Below, in pieces: positions 1 to 12,200 of a stretch of DNA of 64,000 nt; within the stretch, counting starts at the first letter, position 1; each line of letters starts with the position of its first letter. This DNA is from Macrostomum lignano (taxonomy: Eukaryota). The notes beneath the pieces are model-generated. The model was not told where the DNA came from. It saw only the letters and a program-made list of their open reading frames with translations, and searched no databases. The stretch is taken from assembly GCA_002269645.1 (NCBI GenBank), contig NIVC01003350.1:7888-71887 (forward strand), in the 5' to 3' direction. Position numbers and translations under genes: made by a program.

Positions 1-1389
1 AATTTGAGCTGCATTCTGAGTCGTGTTACCATTCTAAACTAAGAGCGTTCTCCTGACCAAGACCTTTTTTGGTCAGTCGATTTCGGATTTCATGGTAAAA
101 TATAATTCAACCAAAAAAGTGGCACACTTTGCTGAGGTAAGCCAGGGCAGATGGTGTTTCTATTATATTTTCTTCTAATGATTGTTTTATTAACAGCAGA
201 TTGCCTTAAACTACTAAGAACACAAACATAAAAAGATGGCAACTTCGAGAGGACAAACAAAATAACAACATGGCATGGCAAATGAGCTGCTTTACCATTA
301 GCGAACCTGATCGATTCGAGAGATTTCAGCGTGAAGCAGACTCTCAGCTTTTTGCTCAGTCAGCGTTTTGTGACTACTGCAACCGTGAGCAGTGGATTTG
401 CCTGATAATTTTGGGATTTGCCTTTGTTCCGGTCCTTTCGGTTCTGGGGGATGGTCTCAATTGATACTATTATAATTTTGTTGCAGGGTCAATTGGGTTT
501 TAGGGAATAAATATTGCTCGGGACTTGGGAGTTTCTTAGAAGAGGGGAGTTACTCCGGGTAGTGTCCGAGTGTAAGTGTCCGAGCGGCAAGACACTGTCT
601 AAATTTATGCAGCTAACTTCAGTCCGGGGGAAGGAGGAAGAAGGGCTACACGGTGGATCAAAGTTGCCTGGGAAACGGTGGCGCACTAATGGGGAATTCT
701 AATAGCTAATAGGGAATGCTACGAGTAGCATAGAGGGTAGGACGTCTAATAGGGAATTGGGTAAAGAGGCAGGGCGCTTAATAACAAAAAAGGGGGGTTC
801 AGGGATAGGCAAAGCTTGATAAGCCAGTTGTGCGTCTGGAGAAAGGGGCTGGCAGGAAGTCTCAAGGTTGGGCTGTACGTCCTGGGAAAGGAAGGAAGCG
901 CGTTTCTAACGAATGGAATGTTCGCGGGAAATAGGCGCCTTATTGAACAACGTGTTCTTGGGATAGAAAAGGAAGACCGAACACTGATTCAAGTCTATTT
1001 TTAGAACAAAACGTTCATCAAGGCCTCAATGCTACAGGCACCAGTCAGAAAGGCTGAATAAGCGGGCGAAGAAGTTCGAGAGCGAGTTGTCTCTTCAAGG
1101 TATATTTTCGCTAGTCATTAAAAGATGGCGGACGATTTTCAGCAAAACTTTTAAGTGAGATTTTATTAGAAAAAGAGTAATCTGAGTTTTTTATGAGTAA
1201 TCTATGCGGTTTTTATTTGACATTATTAAATAAGCGTCTATTACTAAAAAGGAAGGCAAAAGTATTGATTGGCAATAATGAGCACTACTAAAAATAGCTA
1301 TATCACCTTCAACATGCACGTTTGATTATCAATAGAAGGCAACGAATATGGCGAATATGGCGATATGAGCTGCTTATTGTAGTGAGTAG

Positions 1390-1607
1390 TGTAGTGAGTT
1401 GCAAGTGTACTTGTATGCCCTAGTCGCTAGAGCGGGGTTGGGGGTTGCTATTGTACAGCATGTACGTGCTTTCCACTCACCCTCTGTCTCTATCTTTTAT
1501 ACCCAGTTATGTAACAATCGTTGTATCGTATTTAACCTGCGTATCGATCTGATAAATGCCAAGAGGCTTCGTCAAATCTCAGTCGCATCTCTCTGCCTTA
1601 GTCTACA
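1390..1607 (+). mobile_element. 5' LTR of Ty3/gypsy-type element (LTR-A)
   Basis: Starts TGTAG (1390) and ends CTACA (1607), a terminal inverted repeat with TG...CA ends. It is followed after 2 nt by a primer-binding site and then a gag-like ORF. Confidence 0.75.
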
Positions 1608-1609
1608 AC

Positions 1610-1620
1610 TGGTAGCAGAG
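1610..1620 (+). promoter_or_regulatory. Primer-binding site (tRNA-iMet type)
   Basis: TGGTAGCAGAG, complementary to the 3' end (CUCUGCUACCA) of animal initiator tRNA-Met, directly after the LTR end. Confidence 0.75.
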
Positions 1621-1634
1621 CAAATTATTCTAGA

Positions 1635-2122
1635 ATGGCTGAGAAAGGTTTGACCGACAGTGCAGCGCTGCCCAGAGTTTTCAGTACCGGCAACTTTAAG
1701 AAATGGCTGCGCGTTTCAATGTGTGCGCAAAAGTCAACAAGTGGGACACATGCAAAGCGGAGCGACTGGCCACATTTCTGGACGGCGAGGCTCTCGTCGT
1801 ATATTTGGAGCTGTCGGCAGGAGATCAGGCAGACTACCACAAAGTAGTCCAGGCATTGGATAATGCATTCCATCCGAACCGCGAGCACTTCGCCGTCAAG
1901 GAGGCGTTCAAAGCAAGGAAAAATTTGTCGACTGACACTCCACGCATGTATCCATACGAGTTAAAGAAGATGCTCAAAAGCTCCTCCGTGGACAACAAAG
2001 ATGCTCAAGAGGCTCTGCTGTTTCATCAAAGTTTTAAACGGCTGCGATTCACGTTCCTCGATGACAGCCTGTGCTTCTCAAAGACCAAGTCGGATCATCT
2101 CCGGCAACATCTCCGGCCTTAG
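1635..2122 (+). pseudogene. Degenerate retrotransposon gag (frameshifted)
   Basis: ATG 1635 MAEKGLTDSAALPRVFSTGNFKKWL, frameshift near 1710, then RFNVCAKVNKWD...LATFLDGEALVVYLEL...YHKVVQALDNAF. This is a typical invertebrate gypsy gag N-terminus; it is truncated around 2120. Confidence 0.65.
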
Positions 2123-2124
2123 GC

Positions 2125-3665
2125 TCCAAGTGCAAGATCGCGGTACCCGAAGTGACCTTTCTCGGCACACGATATACAAAGGATGGTGCCCAGCCCAGCC
2201 AAGAGAAGCTGGAGGCAATTCAGCAGTGGAAAGAGCTGAGGTCAGCCAAGGAGGTGCGTCAGTTCATCGGCCTGTGTAACCAATATCCAACTATCCAACG
2301 TAGCCAACTTTGCTGCCATCGCCGCACCGCTGCAGCCTTCGACAAGCTCAAAAGGTGCCTAATTAGTCCTCCGATAAGTCCTTCTAAGGAAATCTGCATT
2401 TGGACACGGCGGGATCCCCTGATGTCGCACGTCGTTCGCTTCTGCCTTACTGGTTGGCTGGAGACCGTGCCACCGGAGCTGTTGCAATACAGTCGTCGAT
2501 CCAAGAAACTCTCTGTGCAAGATGGCTGCTTGTTCTAGAATAGCCGCATCATTATTCCACCCGCAGGTCGCGTTCAGTTGCTTCAGTGTCTCCACCAGAG
2601 TCATCCGGGTTCTTCTCGTATGAAGTCGCTGGCCTGAAGCTATGTTTGGTGGCCAGGCATTGATCAGGAAATCGAGTTGATGGTGGCGTCTTGTTCTGAA
2701 TGTCAGCAAAATCAACGGGAAGCATCTCCGGTACCGCTGCAGCCCTGGCCTCTGCCTACGCAACCGTGGACGCGGATTCATGTCGACTATGCAGGCCCTG
2801 TTCGTGGCAAGATGCTGCTAGTCGTCGTGGACTCGAAGTGGCTTGACGTCCACGTGACATCGTCGGCGACAGCGGCGACAACAGCAGAGAAGCTGCGTCA
2901 GAGCTTCTGTACGCACGGCCTGCCATAATTCGTGGTGACAGACAATAGGCCCTGCTTTGTGAGCGGTGAATTCGGCGAATTCTATCGCGAAAACGGCATT
3001 CGACATGTGTTTACCCCGCCGTACCACCCTGCGTCCAACGGTTGGCTGAGAGGGCCGTGCAAAGTTTGAAGCGCTCGCTGGAAAAGCAGACTGGTGGCAC
3101 GCTCGAAACGCAGGTCGCCCGCTTCCTGATGAGCTACCGGATCACTCCACACTCAACGACGGGAGCGGCGCCTTGAGAGCTTCTGATGGGGCGAACCCTG
3201 CAGTCATTACTGGATCACCCGCGTCCCAGCATCTCCCGGCGGCTCCTAGAGCGTCAGGAAAGCCAGAAGCTTCATCACGATGTGACGGCAAAGCCTCTGT
3301 TCTTTGAAGAGGGAGAAGCGGTGTACGCTGGGAACTTCGGACAAGCGGCCAATTGGTCTCCCGCGGTCGTCACCCGGAAGGAGAGCCAACTATGGTACGA
3401 GTGCAGCCTGCTGGACAGCCGAGATATCCGGCGACACGCGGATCACCTGCGAGGACGTCCAGCCGATCCAATGTCGGACACAGAGCCGGTGCCAACGGAG
3501 TCACCGGAGGTCGCTACGGCAACGCCACAAGAACTGCCCGTGCCGAAGGCTGGTTCGGCGCCGACGGCCCAGTCCGAACCGCCGTTGAAGCCTGCGGCGA
3601 AATCCGAGCTCCGACGGTCTGGACGCACCCGGGCACCTCCCGACCGGCTGATGACTAAAGGCTGA
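2125..3665 (+). pseudogene. Degenerate Ty3/gypsy pol: RT C-terminal fragment, integrase zinc-binding region, integrase core and C-terminal tail
   Basis: CKIAVPEVTFLG...EKLEAIQQW...EVRQFIGLCNQY (RT thumb); LQCLHQSHPGSSRMKSLA*SYVWWPGIDQEIELMVASCSECQ (H2C2); PWTRIHVDYAGPVRGKMLLVVVDSKWL...HGLP*FVVTDNRPCF...PPYHPASNG (rve core). Several stops and frameshifts; protease, most of RT and RNase H are missing. Confidence 0.85.
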
Positions 3666-3710
3666 GGCTGAGACGAAGACTGAACTGTAACTGAGTTGGG
3701 TTCCGCTCTT

Positions 3711-3956
3711 GGTTGGGAGAGGTGTGGTGGCGTGTGGCGGGTGTCGTGTGTTTGGGGTGTTGGGGCTGGGTTGGTTTGTGTTTTTGGGTTGCGCTGCTCT
3801 GGCTATTTTACCTCCTCTCTGTACTTCTGTTTGTGCGTACACCGTCGCGTACTCATTCACACTCACACACTCGCATAAGTCGCTGCAGTTGGAGTTTTCA
3901 TGCAAGGGTTTTTCGGCTAGTGCCATCGTAAGTCAAGTTGTTTCAGCAACTCCACA
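3711..3956 (+). mobile_element. Polypurine tract and 3' LTR (LTR-B)
   Basis: Purine run GGGAGAGG ending at 3722, then TGTGG (3723) ... CCACA (3956) terminal inverted repeat, right after the pol stop. Confidence 0.7.
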
Positions 3957-4149
3957 CACAATTATAATAGCGAGTAAGTAATGTAAATTTTCACTATTTT
4001 AATACTTTAGAATGTTCATTGCGAAAGAACGCAAACGCTCATAGCAGCTATTAAACAAATTCGCATAGCTCGTTTAACTACCGACTAATCATTCTCGCCA
4101 AAAGATCCCGCAAACAATGCACCACAATGAATCCGATACACCCTAGCTC

Positions 4150-4270
4150 CCGTGGTGAAAAATTCGACCCAGAATCGACCCAGAATGTTCTGTGTCGATT
4201 CGGTGTCGAATTTGCACTCAGAAATTTTGGAAATTCGATCATCGAAATTTCGACGAATATTTGACCACTG
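4150..4270. mobile_element. Possible tiny inverted-repeat element (MITE-like)
   Basis: Imperfect terminal inverted repeats ccgtggtgaaaaattcg / cgaatatttgaccactg around a TCGA-rich core. No clear TSD. Confidence 0.25.
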
Positions 4271-6645
4271 CTTTCACAAAGACTAAGGTTTCAGACAAAG
4301 TGTTAAAAGATTGTATGTTATAAAAGATATTTATTGTGACGAAAAAACGAATCTATGAAGCACTATACTCGAGATGAGAATGATCTAATATATTCCTTAT
4401 ACACGCTCCTATTAAACTACGCTAATTAAATGACTAATATTTTCGCAAAAATTTAATAGTCCGCGATCAAATAAAAGACAGACAGAAGTCACGCGTTAAG
4501 TGCAACTCTCAGTCACTCTGCGCTGGCGGCAGGACCACGGAGCTCTTTCGCTGGGGAGTGCGCAGGCCAGATCGTACGACTGGGGCATCCGAGATGAAGT
4601 TCGCAATGCGCTCCTCCACCTCCTTCGTGCTGAATTGTACTTGGTCTTTCGAAATCGCCTCTGAAATGCAATTACGAGCGCAATATTAATTTAGCAACTC
4701 GAGGTCACTATAGCCTGCTACGAATAGCTTTCTCCTATATAGACGCTTTGGCACTATTCGAACCAAGCCCCAAACGCACTCCTACGACTTAGCAACCTGG
4801 AGTGGAAACGAGTTGTTCACTTTTACCTCACGAGGCCAGACTAGCACAGACAGAGTCAGACAGAGCCATAGACATTCAGTGCTGGCTCCTAATCTTAACA
4901 ATTGCCAATCCAGATTGCTAATTTTAAAACTCCTTGCCCCAGACAAATAAAGCTACCGGGGAGATGATCTATCACCCAATTAACGACGCCAAACCCCGCT
5001 TGACTTCGACGAGATTTCTTACCTCGATCAGAATTTGTTACTGAACTCCCTTGTTTCTTCTTCTGACGACGTCGTGTTCCCATTTAACTTGATCTGACTA
5101 AAAGAAACAATTGCTTATACACATTCAATCAGAAAGGCTCTCGAGCTAGATATATATTTTTAAAATCCAACTTTACCAACCAAAATATTTGTTTCCTTAT
5201 CATCACGAGACAGCCGGTTGGGCCTAGTTCCAGATTTTGGCGCTGCCTATTCCGGGTGACTCTTGAACCTTCAAAGTAGTAATTGTGGCTGAGGGTTCAT
5301 TTTTATTGGATGCTTCCTCCAAAATGAGTTTTTTTGCTACCCGCATAGTCTTCGTCCTAATAAAAAGGCCGATTTGAGTCTACTAACTCGGTAGGCTACT
5401 AATCCGATTAACGTTCCAGGCGGCAGGAAAAGGCAAAGGCCTGTCGATATGATGGACGTATCATCACAGGCATCCAAAGTTCTATCGGCAGTAGATAGGT
5501 AGATCGGCAGTGGAGTAATGCAAAAGCTTCAGGTAGAACGAATCAACATTTATTAAGCGCCCCTCGTCCATTAGCGCAATAGCTAGACAACCAATCCAAA
5601 AACTGACTCGGCTTACTCGGATTTTTAAACTCCTCAACATCAACTGGTATATTTTCAGCCACTCGACGACGTAACCAACGATATGCTTTATGCGACAAGG
5701 CTTGTACCATACGAATGGCATATAGAGAAGTAGCATCAAGATTTTCCAAGTGGTTACTATACGTTGTATTCTGTCGTGGTCCTCTGAAATCCGAATCGTC
5801 AGGTCCAGCTGACGACGACATTCTTCTACGATAGCATTGTTTGCTGTAGTAAGATGTCGAGTTCCGAAACTGAACCCTCCTCGAACCAAAGTTTCAACCT
5901 CCGAGTATACCTTGTCTGAGGAAGCAGTAGTTCCCCTGGATCTTACCAGCTTCTTGACGTGAGCTGCTGTCTTTGAGGCTCGTTTGACTGGAGTGCCCAC
6001 GGGCTGCGGGCTGCAGGCGACGTTTCCTTCTACCGGCTGGCTTCATAGTCTCGTCTTCCTCAGTGGTGAATGGAAGAGACGAAGTAGGGATGTGCCAGCG
6101 TAGGGCCTGGTCTAGAGTTGACAGGTGCTTTGGGTCGTTGTCAACCGGAGTGAGCGAGCGAAGGGCCATGTACGTGTTACTATCCGCTGATGGTACAGCT
6201 AGTAGATGCTGGCTTGTACAGATACATGCAGATTGTACAGGCCACTGTCCCCCTTCAGCTCCTTAACATCGACTTAATTCACGCACCTCCTGGTTAGGCA
6301 GAGCTCGGACGGTGAAGCAGGGCAGTGAATTGCTTGATCGCAATCCACGGGGCAATTCGGAAAGGATCGTAAAATATATTCGTGTGAGTATTAGATGAGG
6401 AGGTTTGGAGTTTATTCTTTATCTGGGACGTGAGTTAAGACGGGATAAGGTTGGTCTATGGGAGTTTGTGGTGGCCGTTATGTCACCTGAGTCTATATCC
6501 TGAGTCTACATCCTGAGTCTATAAATAGAAACACCCCTACTGTTACCATAACCAAAGACTAATCACTACTGCGCTGATAACTAATACTGCTATAATATAC
6601 GCTCTCCTCTGCCGATCGCAATTAGTCGGTTTGGTTAATATTGAA

Positions 6646-7396
6646 TATAGCTTTTTGCAGCCCATTTGGGCTTACGCGCATTGAATTTAATCCAAGATAT
6701 GTTTGTCAAAGTAATGGAGCTTTTGTCTATGGTAGCAAGGCTGGCACAGCGGCATTTAATTTGGTCCAACAAGCATTAATTTGGTCCATTTAGTTCATTT
6801 GCAGCTCAATCCCAGAATTGTGGACCATATGCTAGGCTGTTGAACGAATGTCATTGGCTTGTGATCAAAGCACTCGACGGAGGTGAACACCCAAAGGACA
6901 TTGCAAGGTTGCTGAATGTAAAAGAAAAGGTGGTTTATAGCATCCAGCAGCGCCTTGAAACTCTGCCGGCAGAGATTGCCTGCGAAAGGTTGGCAATCGC
7001 CAAGGAAAGTTGCTCGAGAGCCTCAGGTCCAACTGCTACTCGATGCTGTGGAGACGAACCCTTTGTTGACGTTTCAGAAAATGCAGCAGAAGTTGAGGGA
7101 ACAGCTCTAGTTGATTATCAGATTGCGACTATCAGCAGAGCTCTGGAAAAGCGACTGAAAATTTTTGGTAGAGACGCTGACATTCCAGCGGTGCGCAACA
7201 ACCTGCAGACGGTTGAGAGAAGGCAAGAGTTTGTCCAATGGCTCACGAGTGTTTGGACCAAATGGATGCTTGTTGGACCAAATCAAATGCCGCTGCGCCA
7301 GCTTTGCTACCATAGACAAAAGCTCCGTTACATTGGCAAACGTATCTTGGATTAAATTAAATGCGCGTAAGCCCAAATGGGCTGCAAAATGCTATA
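6646..7396 (+). mobile_element. Non-autonomous Tc1/mariner-like element with ~130-bp TIRs and an HTH-bearing ORF
   Basis: 6646-6778 (tatagctttttgcagcccatttgggcttacgcgc...ggtccaacaagcat) is the reverse complement of 7265-7396 with scattered mismatches, and both ends are TA. The internal ORF 6840-7355 begins with an HTH-like segment, VIKALDGGEHPKDIARLLNVKEKVVYSIQQR. No DDE domain is visible. Confidence 0.7.
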
Positions 7397-7832
7397 TTTC
7401 AAGTCTCTGTTCATTCCCAAAGATACAAAAAGTCCAATCTTCTCAGCTCATTTGCTTCACGGTCGAAAAGCTTTGTTTGTTGTAGCGGATTAGCGCTCCT
7501 TAGCTCAGCAACCTGACATACAATAATTAAAAATGAGCAGGTTTATAACAAAATCTTTTGTTGCCAAAATGTGCGCCGGCGAGTTAGAACATATTTATTT
7601 CTCAGAATAAATTTTAATAAAAACATCTTAAATTTAGTGATTTAAGTAGTGTTATTTTTGTATGTATATTTACCTTAAATATTTCTTCAAAGTTATCGCC
7701 AACATCTTTTTTAGAAATATATAATTTAGGTTAGGGAACTAATCCAGTAATCCACTGAAGTTGATTTCGATAAGTTAAAATCTTTAAAGATAAATTTACA
7801 CCTAGTCCTAGTAGAGCCAACCGCCTACTTAG

Positions 7833-8721
7833 TAAACTTGCTAACGAAGTTAACGAACCAATGTTGTAACATTTCAATTTAGACCTACAGACATCCACGA
7901 TCCACCTAAGTCCTAACATATGCATCACATGTAGGGGTAAATGTAGGGGTAACAAAGTAGTAAAATTTCAGTAATTACATTTAATTATTGCAAATAGCTC
8001 TAATATATAAAGTCCACATTAAACAGTATTAACAGTTAAAACTTTTCTTGATTGTCAATGCAAAAGCAAAATTATTTTCATTTTTTGGGCCCAATAACCT
8101 ATTCTTATATACATTTAATTTTTGTACTCAGTCTTAGTGTTAGGCCTATACTATACCTACCTATACCTAAGAAGCTAAGGCATACTGATTAAAATGGGGC
8201 TTGATAGCTATAGATAGTAGCTAACAAACAGAGTTAATCGCCTCTATTTTATGATTTAATTTTTTCATAGATTTGCTTATATGGTTATATTTGTGTTACT
8301 GCTGTTACCAAAGTGGCTCTAAGGCTTTCCTATCTTATAGCTATCATAAAATTTTTAACAGATGTAATATAGACCAATTATTGATTTTTGACTGATTTCT
8401 ATATATAATGTCTAAGCAAAAGTCTAAGAATAAGTCTAAGTATTTCTTACTTGTTATGCTTACTAATAGTATTCTTCTTACTTATTAGCTTATAATTAGT
8501 AAAATACCAAATCTTTACTATATACCAAGCAGTCTCAAAATTTCTTATATAGTTGTCTGCTGTTTATTTAAACTTGCTAACGAAGTTAACAAACCAATGT
8601 TGTAACATTTCAATTTAGACCTACAGACATCCACGATCCACCTAAGTCCTAACACATGCATCACATGTAGGGGTACATGTAGGGATAACAAAGTAGTAAA
8701 ATTTCAGTAATAACATTTAAT
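7833..8721 (+). repeat. ~150-bp dispersed direct repeat (7833-7985 and 8569-8721)
   Basis: taaacttgctaacgaagttaac...gacatccacgatccacctaagtcctaac...aaatttcagtaa occurs twice with a few substitutions. Confidence 0.85.
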
Positions 8722-9239
8722 ATTTGAGAACTAACTCAATACTGTATCTGATAAAAATACAATTTAAATAAAATTGAAAGAAATTGAAGTTGAATATTAT
8801 TATTAAGTATTAGCATAGTTGAGCAAACCTTAAATATTATTTACTTATTAGAAGACTATTAAAACAACAATGATTGGTACAATTTTTAATATAGTATGCT
8901 GATATAATTTTTAAAAATTTCAATGACCATTCATATTTTGTTTTTTAGTTATATCTCTCTCACATTCTAGGCCTATTGCACTTTGGCTTAGAGACATGTG
9001 ATAGTTTAAATGAACTATACTTTGTATGCATTATATTCTTCATATTTGTGCTTTACCTATGAGTGTTTTGCCATGAGTTATATAAAAAATAACTTTTTTT
9101 AAAAACATATGCAGGGTTTTCTGAGATTTATTAATAATCCTGTTTTGTGATAATTTATTGACAAAACACTGCAGCAAGAAACTCGTGCCTCAGTGCTGTG
9201 AGATGCCCCAGTATTGCCACTGGAGCTGCCAGCATTGCC

Positions 9240-12200
9240 ATGAGATTGCCATTCTCTGTACGCCGCCGTGGCCGCCTATTGTCAGCTCTGCTGGCTGGCT
9301 GCTCCCTGCTCTGCCTGCTGTCCATCGCACGTGATGGCTCTGCCGGCAGAGCTGCCAGCAGCAGCCCAGATTGCCAGTGTGAAATCGCGGGCAGCCTCGG
9401 GGTGGCATCGGCGGCCGGCTCCGGCGCAAATGCTTCACTGGCTGCTGGGCCCAGCCTGACCCCAGGGCGTCAGCAACTGGACTGCCAGGCCATCCATGTG
9501 GCGCTCATTGTTGGCGGCCAAACCGCCACTCGCTACGCTGTGACGGTGGTCAAGAGTGTCCTGTTTCACCGGTCAACCCCCATCCACCTGCATCTGGTCA
9601 CTGCAGGCCGAGCAGAGCGGGTGCTCAAGACTTTGTTTCGAACTTGGAGAATTCCTCACCTCAGAGTGGATTATTATGATACAGCCACTGATCAGGTAGG
9701 TCTAATGTACTGTTTCTTTGCGTAGGTGTGTCCGAGATTGAACCTTACTGTGAATGGTAGGATTCCCCTGTGAATGGTAGGATTCCCCTGTGAATGGTAG
9801 GATTCCCCTGTTAATGGTAGGATTCCCCTGTTAATGGTAGGATTCCCCTGTGAATGGTAGGATTCCCCTGTGAATGGTAGGATTCCTCTGTGAATGTTAG
9901 AATTCCCCTGTGAATTCACAGGATTCCCCTGTGAATGCCAGAATTCCCCTGTGAATGCTATAATTTCATTGGGAATGGTAGAATTCCCTTATGAATGTTA
10001 GAATTCCCCTGTGAATGTTAGAATTCCCCTGTGAATGGTAGGATTCCCCTGTTAATGGTAGGATTCCCCTGTGAATGTTAGAATTTCCCTGTGAATGGTA
10101 GGATTCCCCTGTGAATGTTAGGATTCCCCTGTGAATGTTAGAATTCCCCTGTGAATGGTAGGATTCCCCTGTGAATGTTAGAATTCCCATGTGAATGTTA
10201 GAAATCACCATAAGAGCCTCTTTATAATTTTACTAATACGGTACCTTTTTGCAATTACCAGGATGCCAAAGCAAAAAAGCGGTCCCAATTTTTATATCCG
10301 CATTCCTGAACTCCCCCTGCGGCAGGTGAGCTGGCTGTCCAACACGCACTACTCAGGCGTGTACGGCCTGCTAAAGCTGACGCTGCCCTCCGTGCTGCCC
10401 CGGTCTCTCGAGCGGGTCATTGTGCTGGACACTGACGTGGCGGTGACGGCCGACCCCCTCCAGCTGTGGCAGCTGTTCGGCCAGCTGGCCGAGCGGCCCG
10501 GCCTCGCTATCGGGCTGGCGGACAACCTGTCCGATTGGTACCTGTCTGGCAAGGCCGGGGTCTGGCCAGCTCTGGGGCGCGGCTTCAACACCGGGGTGAT
10601 GCTCATGCACCTCGCCAGGCTGCGGGCCTGGGGCTGGGACAGGCACTGGCCTGCCGTGGCCAGGGAGTGCGCGGCCAAGCATGGACCCGCCCAGCTGGCT
10701 GACCAGGTGTGGCGGTGCTTCACCTGATGGGGATTTGGGATATTTTATAGTTGGTGGGGATTTGTAATATTTTTATAGTTGGTGGGGTTTTGGGATATTT
10801 TTATAGTTGGTGGGGTTTTGGGATATTTTAATGTTGGTGGGGTTTTGGGATATTTTTATAGTTGGTGGGGTTCTGGGATATTTTAATGTTGGTGGGGTTT
10901 TGGGATATTTTATAGTTGGTGGGGTTTTGGGATATTTTTTATGTTGGTGGGGTTTTGGGATATTTTATAGTTGGTGGGGTTTTGGGATATTTTTTATGTT
11001 GGTGGGGTTTTGGGATATTTTATAGTTGGTGGGGTTTTGGGATATTTTATAGTTTCTGAGGATTAGGGATATTTTATAGTTACCGAGGATTAGGGATATT
11101 TTAAATCTTTAATGTGATAACAGAAAGAGTTGGGATATTTCTTTTATTTAAGATTTTGGCGACTGAATCCCGGAATCCCTCGGCACCAACTCCGCCCGCC
11201 CGCAGGACGTCATCAACGCCCTGGTGCGGCGGCACCCGGGTCTGCTGTACCGAATCCCCTGCTACTGGAATGTGCAGCTCGGTGACCACACCCAGCCGGA
11301 ACTGTGCTACCGCTCCCCCGCCAACCTGCCCAGCGTTCGCATCCTGCACTGGAACTCGCCGCTGAAGGTTTGGGGCGCCCGCAGGCATCGATTCGCGCAG
11401 CACTTCCACACGCTGTACATGACCTACTTGGACTATGATGGCGGCCTGTTGCGCAGGCGGCTGTTCGCCTGTCCGGACGATGGCGCGGAGGACGACCAGG
11501 ACCAGCTGCTGGCAGAGGACGCCTCCGGTGCCAACTCGCTCGCCGGCCCGGCTGCCGCTGGCGTCAGCGCCGGGGACGAGTGCTACGAGATGCGGGCGGA
11601 GCAGCGGCTGGTCCGGAGGACGCACCTGTACTACTTGGAGTACAACTACACCGCCCAGGGGCCTCACGATGTCACCCTGGTCAGCCAGCTCAGTCTGGAT
11701 CGGGTACAGCTGCTGGAGAGCCTGTCGCGACACTGGGCCGGCCCCATCAGCCTTTGCATCTACGTCACGGATGCTGAGGCCCACCAGTTGGCCACCTTTG
11801 TTGAGTCTTCTCAGGTTTGTGCGATCCCACATCCCTAATCAATGAGATCCCACATCCCTAATCAATGAGATCCCACATCCCTAACCAATGAGATCCCACA
11901 TCCCTAATCAATGAGATCCCACATCCCTAATCAATGAGATCCCACATCCCTAACCAATGAGATCCCACATCCCTAACCAATGAGATCTCACATCCCTAAC
12001 CAATGAGATCCCACATCTCTAATCAATGAGACCCCACATCCCTAACCAATGAGATCCCAAATCCCTAATCAATGAGATCCACATCCCTAACCAATGAGAT
12101 CCCACATCCCTAACCAATGAGATCCCACATCCCTAACCAATGAGATCCCACATCCCTAAAAAATGAGATCCCACATACCTAACTAATGAGATCCACATCC

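Noticed and set aside
1-1389. Short ORFs in the first 1.4 kb
   Set aside because: Mostly GTG/TTG starts, with no motifs and no codon bias. Nothing supportable.
4895-6300. Minus-strand ORF fragments (172, 92, 91, 62 aa) as a gene
   Set aside because: They look like a broken reading frame, perhaps a decayed retroelement ORF, but I recognise no motif and find no splice structure, so they are left unassigned.
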